DNA of 64,000 nt from Gammaproteobacteria bacterium (lineage in GTDB: Bacteria > Pseudomonadota > Gammaproteobacteria > JBCCGL01). Below are positions 42,219-50,785 of this stretch, one piece after another (position 1 is the stretch's first letter; each line of letters opens with the position of its first letter). The translations under genes were made by a program, and so were the position numbers. The notes beneath the pieces are model-generated. The model saw only the letters and a list, made by a program, of their open reading frames with translations. It did not search any database and was not told the origin of the DNA. The stretch spans positions 1,920,001-1,984,000 of the forward strand of contig OZ255836.1 in the NCBI GenBank assembly GCA_965277715.1. Direction: 5' to 3'.

Positions 42219-42821
42219 ATGTCTGCAACCATTGAATTCTACTTCGACTTCTCCTCCCCCTACGCCTACCTGGCCAGCCGCCGGATAGAATCCATCGCTG
42301 AAAAACACGGGCGCACCCTCAATTGGCACCCTATTTTGCTCGGCGCTATTTTCAAAATATCAGGGCAGCAACCCCTATTGGAAACGCCCATGATCGGTGA
42401 TTACGCCCTGCTTGATCTGGAACGTTGCGCCCGCGAGCACGCGATCGAATACCGTCTGCCTGAGCCCTGCCCCATAGCCACCGTCAATGCAGCACGCGCC
42501 GTGTACTGGGTGGGCAATACCGATAAGCAACAGGCTGTTGCATTGATTCACGCCCTGTTTCGCGCCTATTTTGTCGACAATATCAACCTTTCAGAAACCG
42601 ATAATGTCCTGACCATCGCCGCCAATAACGGCATTGACAAAACAGCCTTGTCACAGGCATTACAACAACCTGAAGTCAAAGCACAGTTAAAAAATGCAGT
42701 CGATGCCGCCGTCGACAAAGGCATTTTTGGTACGCCGTGCTGTATCATTGACGGTCAGCTTTTTTGGGGTAATGACCGTATCGACCAACTCGATAAATGG
42801 CTCAGCACCGGCGGTTGGTAG
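42219..42821 (+). CDS. 2-hydroxychromene-2-carboxylate isomerase / kappa GST family protein
   Basis: FYFDFSSPYAYL, GIFGTP, FWGNDR. Confidence 0.88.
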   Translation: MSATIEFYFDFSSPYAYLASRRIESIAEKHGRTLNWHPILLGAIFKISGQQPLLETPMIGDYALLDLERCAREHAIEYRLPEPCPIATVNAARAVYWVGNTDKQQAVALIHALFRAYFVDNINLSETDNVLTIAANNGIDKTALSQALQQPEVKAQLKNAVDAAVDKGIFGTPCCIIDGQLFWGNDRIDQLDKWLSTGGW

Positions 42822-42830
42822 GCAAACACT

Positions 42831-43217
42831 ATGCAACAGGATATACCCGATTTAAGCCACCTTAAAAGTGGCACACCACCACCGCATAAGGGCGCCAACA
42901 CCCCGCGCAGCCTGGTCATTATTGTCTATGCATTGCAATCGGCGAGCCTGTTCTTTGGTTTTACTGTGTTTATCGCGTTGATCATCAATTACGTCAAGCG
43001 GGCCGATATGGCAGGCACCCTCGCCGAATCCCACTTTCGCTGGCAAATCAATACCTTTTGGTTCTATCTGCTGTGGTTGGTTATCGGCTATTTTACGATC
43101 TTTTTATTAATCGGTTACCTCATCATAGCAGTGGCCTCCCTGTGGTTTATTTACCGCATCGTCAGAGGTTGGCTGCGCATTTTTGAACACCGCCCCATGT
43201 ACAGCGAGGCAAGTTAA
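42831..43217 (+). CDS. DUF4870-like membrane protein
   Basis: [28 protein letters not shown]. Confidence 0.8.
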   Translation: MQQDIPDLSHLKSGTPPPHKGANTPRSLVIIVYALQSASLFFGFTVFIALIINYVKRADMAGTLAESHFRWQINTFWFYLLWLVIGYFTIFLLIGYLIIAVASLWFIYRIVRGWLRIFEHRPMYSEAS

Positions 43218-43221
43218 ACCA

Positions 43222-44832
43222 ATGCCCTGCGTTTTGCATACCGCGATCCAAACCACCGGCGAATCATTCCAACAAAATGCCCGGGCGATGCGGGTATTGG
43301 TTGACGACTTACGCCGCAAAACCGGCGAAATTGCCATCGGTGGCAGCCTGCGGGCGCGTGAGAAGCACACGGCACGCGGTAAGTTATTAGTGCGGGAGCG
43401 CATTGAACAACTCATCGACAGCGGCAGCGCGTTTCTCGAATTTTCACAGTTCGCCGCCTGGGGCATGTACGACGACAATATCGCCGCCGCCGGGATTATC
43501 ACGGGCATTGGCCGGGTTAATGGCACCGCCTGCGTTATCGTCGCCAACGATGCGACCATCAAGGGCGGCACTTATTACCCAATGACGGTTAAAAAACACC
43601 TGCGCGCCCAGGAAATTGCCGAGCAAAACCACCTGCCCTGTATTTACCTGGTCGACTCCGGCGGCGCATTTTTACCCCGGCAGGACGAGGTATTTCCCGA
43701 CCGCGATCACTTCGGGCGCATCTTTTACAACCAGGCCAACCTCTCGGCAAAAAACATTCCCCAGCTCGCCGTGGTCATGGGTTCCTGCACAGCGGGCGGC
43801 GCCTACGTACCGGCGATGTGTGATGAGTCGATTATCGTCAAAAACCAGGGCACTATTTTCCTCGCTGGCCCGCCGCTGGTGAAAGCGGCAACGGGTGAGC
43901 AAGTCAGCGCCGAAGACCTGGGCGGTGCCGATGTGCACTCAAAAATATCGGGGGTTACCGACCATTGCGCCCATAGCGACGCACACGCGCTGCAGATTGC
44001 CCGTGGGGTAGTGGCCAATTTCAACCGGCCACCCGCCGCGCAAATCGATATAAGCGCCAGTACCGGGCCACTGTACCCCGGCGATGAGCTATACGGTGTT
44101 ATCCCCTGCGACACGAAAAAAACCTTCGATGTGCGGGAAATTATCGCCCGCGTATTTGATGCCAGCGAATTTGATGAATTTAAAGCCCTGTATGGCACCA
44201 CACTGGTGTGCGGCTTTGCGCGTTTGTACGGCTATCCTGTGGGGATCGTCGCCAATAACGGTATTTTATTTTCCGAGTCGGCACAAAAAGGTGCGCATTT
44301 TATTCAACTGTGCGCGCAGCGAAAAATACCCCTGATATTCCTACAAAATATCACCGGCTTTATGGTCGGGCAAAAATACGAGGCCGGGGGCATTGCCAAG
44401 CATGGCGCCAAAATGGTGACCGCCGTGGCCACCGCACGTGTGCCCAAACTGACACTTATCATTGGCGGCAGCTTTGGCGCGGGTAACTACGGCATGTGTG
44501 GCCGGGCCTACAGCCCGCGTTTTTTATGGATGTGGCCCAATGCGCGCATTTCAGTCATGGGGGGGAAACAAGCGGCAAACGTATTATCACAAATCAACCG
44601 GGATGCACTCGCCGCTCAGGGCCTCCCCCCGGATGACGACCAGGAACAACAGTTCAAACAGGCTATTCGCGCACAATACGAACACCAGGGCCACCCCTAC
44701 TACGCCAGTGCCAGACTCTGGGACGATGGCATTATCGACCCCGTCGATACCCGTCGGGTGCTTGGCCTGGGCCTTGCCGCTGCACTCAATGCGCCGCTTG
44801 AGGACACCCGGTTTGGTCTGTTTAGAATGTAA
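43222..44832 (+). CDS. liuB: Methylcrotonyl-CoA carboxylase beta subunit
   Basis: [42 protein letters not shown]. Confidence 0.95.
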   Translation: MPCVLHTAIQTTGESFQQNARAMRVLVDDLRRKTGEIAIGGSLRAREKHTARGKLLVRERIEQLIDSGSAFLEFSQFAAWGMYDDNIAAAGIITGIGRVNGTACVIVANDATIKGGTYYPMTVKKHLRAQEIAEQNHLPCIYLVDSGGAFLPRQDEVFPDRDHFGRIFYNQANLSAKNIPQLAVVMGSCTAGGAYVPAMCDESIIVKNQGTIFLAGPPLVKAATGEQVSAEDLGGADVHSKISGVTDHCAHSDAHALQIARGVVANFNRPPAAQIDISASTGPLYPGDELYGVIPCDTKKTFDVREIIARVFDASEFDEFKALYGTTLVCGFARLYGYPVGIVANNGILFSESAQKGAHFIQLCAQRKIPLIFLQNITGFMVGQKYEAGGIAKHGAKMVTAVATARVPKLTLIIGGSFGAGNYGMCGRAYSPRFLWMWPNARISVMGGKQAANVLSQINRDALAAQGLPPDDDQEQQFKQAIRAQYEHQGHPYYASARLWDDGIIDPVDTRRVLGLGLAAALNAPLEDTRFGLFRM

Positions 44833-45635
44833 TGAATAACCACCTTATCACAGCGGTTTCAAACGACGGTGTTGGGCGTATAACCCTGAACAAACCCGCA
44901 CGCCACAATGCCCTCGACGAGCAATTGATTGCCGCCTTAACCCGCGCCATTGAAGCGTTTAATCGCAACCGCCAGGTGCGCAGTATCGTATTGCAGGCCA
45001 AGGGTAAAAGCTTTTGTGCAGGCGCCGATCTGGAGTGGATGAAACGCACAGCACACTATAGCCGGGAAGATAATCTACGCGATGCACAAACGCTCGCCGC
45101 GTTAATGCGCACGCTTAAGCAAAGCCCCAAGCCGACAATAGCCCGACTGCAAGGCGCTGCGTTTGGTGGTGGCGTTGGCCTGGTCGCCTGTTGTGACATC
45201 GCTATCGCCAGCGAAAACGCGTTGTTCTGCCTATCTGAAGTCAGCTTAGGGTTAGTGCCAGCGGTTATTTCACCCTACCTGGTAGCGGCAATCGGTGCAC
45301 GCGCCACACAAAAACTGACACTGACCGCCGAGCGTTTCGACACCCGTGATGCATTGCGCCTCGGCCTGCTGCACCAGATTGTGGACGATGAAGCGCAATT
45401 GGATGCGGCAGTACAGGCGTGCTGTGAAAACCTGCACAAAGGCGCCCCGCAGGCACAACAGGCGGCCAAGCACTTTATCAGTGCCCTGCACCACAGCGTA
45501 TTGGATGAGTCTCTAATCGATGAATCGGCGCAGCTAATCGCCGGTATTCGCGTTTCAGACGAAGGGCGTGAGGGCATCGATGCCTTTTTGCAAAAACGCC
45601 CCGCCAACTGGTCGCTGGTCAAGCCCAATGTTTAA
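44832..45635 (+). CDS. liuC: Methylglutaconyl-CoA hydratase (crotonase family)
   Basis: FCAGADL, GGGVGL, LSEV; position in the liu operon. Confidence 0.88.
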   Translation: MNNHLITAVSNDGVGRITLNKPARHNALDEQLIAALTRAIEAFNRNRQVRSIVLQAKGKSFCAGADLEWMKRTAHYSREDNLRDAQTLAALMRTLKQSPKPTIARLQGAAFGGGVGLVACCDIAIASENALFCLSEVSLGLVPAVISPYLVAAIGARATQKLTLTAERFDTRDALRLGLLHQIVDDEAQLDAAVQACCENLHKGAPQAQQAAKHFISALHHSVLDESLIDESAQLIAGIRVSDEGREGIDAFLQKRPANWSLVKPNV

Positions 45636-47646
45636 ACGCCTGTTAATAGCCAACCGGGGGGAAATTGCCTGCCGCATTATGCGCACCGCGCACCGTATGG
45701 GCATCGAGACAGTCGCCGTGTTTTCAGACGCCGACCGATACCTCCCACACGCCCAACAGGCGGGGCAATCCATCCATATTGGCGCATCGCCCGCCGTCGA
45801 AAGTTACCTGGATATAGCAAAAATCATCGCGGCGGCACAGGCATCGGGTGCCGATGCAATTCACCCCGGCTATGGCTTTCTATCAGAAAACACAGCACTG
45901 GCCAAAGCCTGCCATGCCAACAATTTCACTTTTATCGGGCCGGATATTGATGCGATTGAATCGATGGGTTCCAAGAGCACCGCGAAGAAAATCATGCAGG
46001 AGGCGGGCGTTGCGCTACTCCCCGGTTACCACGGAGATAACCAGGATGACAGTACCCTGCGTGACGCGGCCGACCAGTGCGGTTACCCGGTATTGATCAA
46101 AGCCTCGGCTGGCGGTGGTGGCAAGGGGATGCGCATCGTACAAACCGCTGATGCGTTTAACCGCCAGCTCGCCTCGGCAAAACGCGAGGCACTGGCCGCG
46201 TTTGCCGACGACAAAGTCATCATCGAGAAATACCTACAGCGGCCCCGCCATATCGAAGTACAGGTATTTGCTGATAACCACGGCAATGTCGTGCACCTGT
46301 ACGACCGCGACTGCTCGATTCAACGCCGCTACCAGAAAGTAATCGAAGAGGCCCCTGCCCCGCATTTGCACGAACAACAACGACGTGATTTACACGCCAG
46401 CGCCGTGCGTGCCGCCCAGGCGATTAACTACCGTGGCGCAGGTACTATCGAATTTATCTGTGATCGAAACGGCCAGTGTTATTTCATGGAAATGAACACC
46501 CGCCTGCAAGTCGAACACCCGGTTAGCGAAATGATTACCGGCATCGACCTGGTGGAATGGCAATTGCGCGTCGCCGACGGTCAGCCACTCCCGCTCGGCC
46601 AGGCCGATATTCACGTCTCGGGCCACGCGATGGAAGCCCGTGTTTACGCAGAGGACACCGAAAAAGGTTTTTTACCCGCAACAGGCACACTCGAACACCT
46701 GGCATTTCCCCATATAGCAGAAGATTTGCGTATCGACAGCGGTATTGAGACGGGCGCGACCATCGGCATTCACTACGACCCTATGCTCGCCAAACTGATT
46801 GTGCACGCACAAGACCGGCATACGGCAGCACGCAAGCTCGCCGGGGCCTTGTTACAAACCCATCTACTCGGTATAAAAAACAATATCGACTTTCTCACCC
46901 GTATTGTCATGCACGAGGACTTTAAACACGGGCATTACGACACCGGGTTTATCGACCAGCACACAGATGCCCTGTTAAACCGATCGGCGCAAACACGGGA
47001 AACGCTACTCATTATCGCTGCCCTATACCTACACACGGGCAGTGCAGCGTCTATCGATAAAGTAGATAGTCCGCATCAACATAGCTGGCCGTGGGGTATC
47101 GATGATAACTGGCGGATGAATACCCACGCGGTATCAACCCATACATTGGGTATCGACAACCGGCAATACCGGATACATGTCAGCCAGGATACCGCGCTAA
47201 AAAGCACATCGTATTGCATCACATTAAACAACCAGAACACCCAGATTGACGACCTACAGTACCGGGGTGAAAGACTATCGTTGCGCATCGCGGGTAAAAA
47301 AATCACGGCAAAAATACTTCATCATGTGCACCGGCTCGCTGTATTTTCCTCAATAGGGCATGGCGAAGTTACCCTTCCCGATTTATCCGTCAACCCTGAC
47401 TGTGAAGCTGAGGCAAATACAACCCTGCTCACCCCCATGCCGGGGAAAATTGTTGCTATCCTGGCAACGCCCGGCGCGCCAATCAAAAAAGGGCAGCCCT
47501 TATTGATCGTCGAGGCGATGAAAATGGAACATACATTAACAGCCACCCGCGACGGTGTGGTCAGTCAAATTTATTGCCAAAAAGGTGATACCGTTGCCGC
47601 TGAAGCGGCACTGATTGAAATTGACCCGGAGGAAATACATGAATAA
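45628..47646 (+). CDS. liuD: Methylcrotonyl-CoA carboxylase alpha subunit
   Basis: ANRGEIA, HPGYGFLSEN, GGGGKGMR, EMNTRLQVEH, EAMKME biotin site. Confidence 0.95.
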   Translation: MFKRLLIANRGEIACRIMRTAHRMGIETVAVFSDADRYLPHAQQAGQSIHIGASPAVESYLDIAKIIAAAQASGADAIHPGYGFLSENTALAKACHANNFTFIGPDIDAIESMGSKSTAKKIMQEAGVALLPGYHGDNQDDSTLRDAADQCGYPVLIKASAGGGGKGMRIVQTADAFNRQLASAKREALAAFADDKVIIEKYLQRPRHIEVQVFADNHGNVVHLYDRDCSIQRRYQKVIEEAPAPHLHEQQRRDLHASAVRAAQAINYRGAGTIEFICDRNGQCYFMEMNTRLQVEHPVSEMITGIDLVEWQLRVADGQPLPLGQADIHVSGHAMEARVYAEDTEKGFLPATGTLEHLAFPHIAEDLRIDSGIETGATIGIHYDPMLAKLIVHAQDRHTAARKLAGALLQTHLLGIKNNIDFLTRIVMHEDFKHGHYDTGFIDQHTDALLNRSAQTRETLLIIAALYLHTGSAASIDKVDSPHQHSWPWGIDDNWRMNTHAVSTHTLGIDNRQYRIHVSQDTALKSTSYCITLNNQNTQIDDLQYRGERLSLRIAGKKITAKILHHVHRLAVFSSIGHGEVTLPDLSVNPDCEAEANTTLLTPMPGKIVAILATPGAPIKKGQPLLIVEAMKMEHTLTATRDGVVSQIYCQKGDTVAAEAALIEIDPEEIHE

Positions 47647-47742
47647 TGTGACCGTTGAGGCGCATAAAAATGACTACTGGTGCGCTTGTAGCAAGAATAA
47701 AAAAAACAACCTTTCTGTGATGGCACGCATAGCGGGCTTTAG
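47639..47742 (+). pseudogene. Frameshifted CDGSH-type [2Fe-2S] mini-gene
   Basis: GGAGGA RBS then ATG 47639; MNNVTVEAHKNDYWCACSKNKK, a frame change in the A8 run (47699-47706), then QPFCDGTHSGL*. Confidence 0.75.
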
Positions 47743-47760
47743 TTAACCGATTACACCGCC

Positions 47761-48672
47761 GTGTTACCCACAACCGTTAAAATTGTCGAAGTTGGCCCGC
47801 GTGATGGTTTGCAGAACGAAGCGCAAGCCCTTTCAGTCGCGCAACGCGTCGAACTGATCAACCGCTTATCGGCGAGTGGTTTAAGTGCAATCGAAGTCGG
47901 CAGTTTTGTCTCACCCAAATGGGTGCCACAAATGGCCAACAGCGGCCAGGTACTGCAAGCCATTGAGCAAAAACCCGGTGTCAGCTACCCGGTATTAACC
48001 CCAAATGAACGCGGCTACCGCAATGCATTGGCATCTTCAGCACGGGAAATTGCCGTTTTTGCCGCCGCCTCAGAAACCTTCTCATACAAAAATATTAACT
48101 GTTCTATTCAAGAGAGCCTGGCACGTTTTCGCCCGGTATGCCTCAACGCCAAAAGCCAATCGATCCGCATTCGTGGCTATATATCCTGCGTGATCGATTG
48201 CCCCTGTCAAGGGTGCATATCCCCCGAACAGGTCGCCGATGTTGCCGCTGAATTAATAGATATGGGTTGCGATGAAATATCCCTGGGTGACACCATCGGC
48301 ACGGGCACGCCCAACCGGGTGGAAAAATTAATCGATGTGGTCAGTGAACGCGTGGCTATCGGTCAGCTCGCGGTGCATTTCCATGACACCTACGGGCAGG
48401 CTTTGGCCAATATTCTCACCGCATTGCAACGGGGCATAGCGATTGTCGACACCGCTGTCGCCGGGTTGGGTGGTTGCCCTTATGCAAAGGGGGCTGCGGG
48501 CAATGTTGCCACGGAAGATGTCGTCTATATGCTGGATGGTATGGGCATTGAAACCGGGGTATCGATGCAGAAACTGCTCGATGCCAGTGCGTTTATTTGT
48601 GGTGTACTGAAAAGAGACCCCGTTTCCAAAGCGGGAAATGCCTTATTGCAGGCGCGTAAGTGCGTTGTTTAA
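47761..48672 (+). CDS. liuE: Hydroxymethylglutaryl-CoA lyase
   Basis: EVGPRDGLQNE, GDTIG, HFHDTYG, GLGGCPYA. Confidence 0.95.
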   Translation: MLPTTVKIVEVGPRDGLQNEAQALSVAQRVELINRLSASGLSAIEVGSFVSPKWVPQMANSGQVLQAIEQKPGVSYPVLTPNERGYRNALASSAREIAVFAAASETFSYKNINCSIQESLARFRPVCLNAKSQSIRIRGYISCVIDCPCQGCISPEQVADVAAELIDMGCDEISLGDTIGTGTPNRVEKLIDVVSERVAIGQLAVHFHDTYGQALANILTALQRGIAIVDTAVAGLGGCPYAKGAAGNVATEDVVYMLDGMGIETGVSMQKLLDASAFICGVLKRDPVSKAGNALLQARKCVV

Positions 48673-48674
48673 TC

Positions 48675-48872
48675 GTGGAAAAAGCATGCACAGACGTCGG
48701 CATACCCTCTCCTTGCAGAGGTATTTGTGCCATGGATGAGACGATGCAATTGTGTAGTGGTTGTTATCGGAGCATCGATGAAATTATCGATTGGGCGATA
48801 ATGTCAGCGGGTGAAAAACAGCGGGTTATCGACAAGGTGGCTATTCGTAGGGAGTCGTTTGATTCGCCGTAA
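48675..48872 (+). CDS. DUF1289 family small Cys-rich protein
   Basis: SPCRGIC..CSGCYRSIDEIIDW. Confidence 0.82.
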   Translation: MEKACTDVGIPSPCRGICAMDETMQLCSGCYRSIDEIIDWAIMSAGEKQRVIDKVAIRRESFDSP

Positions 48873-48875
48873 TGA

Positions 48876-49133
48876 TTAGTACTGACGGTTTTCTTGTACC
48901 TCTTTTGCAAGCCAAGCTTTTATAAGTGATTGATAAGGCATATCTCGTTTATTGGCTTCTACCTTAATACTGTCTAACAAACCTTGCGGTAGCCTTAGTG
49001 AAATAGTTTTAGTTGAAAGTTTAAGGTTAGGTAAAACTGCACGTTCAGCTCTACTTAAATCTAGATATTCACTCGAATCATTACTTTCCCAAAAGTCACG
49101 CTCTTCTTTTTCAGTCTTAAAATTGGGTATTTT
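48876..49133 (-). pseudogene. Orphan BrnA/CopG-type antitoxin lacking a start codon
   Basis: Reads KIPNFKTEKEERDFWES...LPNLKLSTKTISLRLP...ANKRDMPYQSLIKAWL..*; in-frame TAA directly upstream; AT-rich. Confidence 0.8.
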
Positions 49134-49164
49134 TTAAAGTATGCCCAACAGGCAACGTAGCCTT

Positions 49165-50289
49165 TTACATACTTTCAAAAAACCGCTTAACCCCATCCAG
49201 CCAGGAGCGCTCCTGTGGGCTATGCTTATTCCCCTCTTTACAATCAAAACTCTCTTTAAGTTGTTCAAACAGTTTCTTTTGTTCCGTCGTTAAATTCACC
49301 GGTGTTTCCACACGCACCTTGCACAACAAATCCCCAACTGCACCACCGCGCACCGGCTTAATACCTTTACCCCGTAAGCGGAACACCTTCTCCGACTGCG
49401 TACCAGGTGGGATTTTAAGCTTCACGCGCCCACTCAGAGTGGGCACTTCCAACTCACCACCCAGCGATGCACTGACAATATTAATAGGCACCTGGCACAG
49501 CAGATCGGCATCATCGCGCTCAAAAATTGCGTGTTGCTTAACATTAACCTGTACATACAGATCACCTGTCGGCCCGCCTCTTTCTCCCGCTTCCCCCTCA
49601 CCGGAAAGGCGAATACGATCACCTGTATCGACGCCGGGGGGAATTTTAACCGACAGGGTTTTACTCTCTTCAACACGCCCACGACCTTGGCATTTATTAC
49701 ACGGGTCTTTGATAACCTGTCCGGCGCCCTGACACCGTGGGCAGGTTTGTTGAACCGAAAAGAATCCTTGTTGCATACGCACCTGGCCCACGCCGTTACA
49801 GGTGGTACAGGCAGTCGACGCAGTACCTGCACGAGCGCCACTGCCATCACAGCGATCACAACTGACCTGTGTGGGAATTTTTACTTTAACTGTAGTGCCA
49901 TTGACTGCGTCTTCGAGTGTAACGCCAAGGTTGTATTGCAAATCGGAACCGCGATACGCCTGACGGCCACCGCCACCACGGCCACCGCCAAAGATGTCCC
50001 CGAAAACATCGCCAAAAATATCGTTAAAATTGCCTCCGGCCTGGCCACCGCCGCCAGCACTCCTGTCGACTCCGGCATGGCCAAAGCGGTCGTAGGCCGC
50101 CCGTTTTTGCGCATCGCCGAGTACTTCAAAGGCTTCCTTGGCCTCTTTAAATTTTTCCTCTGCCACTGCATTATCGGGGTTGCGGTCTGGGTGGTGCTTC
50201 ATGGCAAGCCGACGATAGGCTTTTTTTAAACCGGCCTCGTCGACATCCCTGCCCACACCCAATACTTCGTAGTAATCGCTTTTTGCCAT
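49165..50289 (-). CDS. dnaJ: Chaperone DnaJ
   Basis: J-domain HPD, G/F region, four CxxCxGxG repeats. Confidence 0.97.
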   Translation of the reverse strand: MAKSDYYEVLGVGRDVDEAGLKKAYRRLAMKHHPDRNPDNAVAEEKFKEAKEAFEVLGDAQKRAAYDRFGHAGVDRSAGGGGQAGGNFNDIFGDVFGDIFGGGRGGGGRQAYRGSDLQYNLGVTLEDAVNGTTVKVKIPTQVSCDRCDGSGARAGTASTACTTCNGVGQVRMQQGFFSVQQTCPRCQGAGQVIKDPCNKCQGRGRVEESKTLSVKIPPGVDTGDRIRLSGEGEAGERGGPTGDLYVQVNVKQHAIFERDDADLLCQVPINIVSASLGGELEVPTLSGRVKLKIPPGTQSEKVFRLRGKGIKPVRGGAVGDLLCKVRVETPVNLTTEQKKLFEQLKESFDCKEGNKHSPQERSWLDGVKRFFESM

Positions 50290-50379
50290 TCAGATAGTTC
50301 CACTAAAGTGATGTTTTAACTGGCTTGTATTCTTGGCCAGCGCTTTGCCCAAAACGCATTGGGCAAAGTAAATGCCCTA

Positions 50380-50407
50380 ATATAGAGTCATTTCTAAAGA
50401 GAACAAG
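50380..50407 (-). promoter_or_regulatory. Possible sigma32 promoter for dnaJ
   Basis: Minus strand CTTGTT-N14-CTCTATAT versus consensus CTTGAA-N13/14-CCCCATAT. Confidence 0.35.
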
Positions 50408-50527
50408 GCTCAGGGAGTGGAAAAAATTGACTTGGGGTGGGTGGCTTCGCTCGTGGGGCTTTGGTGCTGTGTTTGTGCTTTAAACCACGAGAAGCGAAAC
50501 CTCATAACACGCTACACTGCCTACATA

Positions 50528-50776
50528 TCACTGCCCAGTAATAGCATCACCGGCAATCGGCAAACCACTGACGCTGGCATCGACTTGATTGCTGGTATTA
50601 CTCGCCGTAACACCGGTAATACTCATCGAGTAAGTACCCGTTAATGCGGTTTGTGCGTCGTTATCGCCAGTGTTGGCATTGTCACTACTGCCATCCCCGC
50701 CACCACCTCCACCACCACAGGCGGACAACAAGGCAAAGCCAACAAAAACAATAAGCGGATGAATAAGGCGTTTCAT
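50528..50776 (-). CDS. Short, probably truncated lipoprotein
   Basis: Signal peptide with lipobox LSAC, then a poly-Gly tether; stops after roughly 35 aa of structured sequence. Confidence 0.65.
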   Translation of the reverse strand: MKRLIHPLIVFVGFALLSACGGGGGGGDGSSDNANTGDNDAQTALTGTYSMSITGVTASNTSNQVDASVSGLPIAGDAITGQ

Positions 50777-50785
50777 GTTGATTCC

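Noticed and set aside
48952-49137. 61-aa + strand ORF
   Set aside because: Antisense shadow of the antitoxin relic
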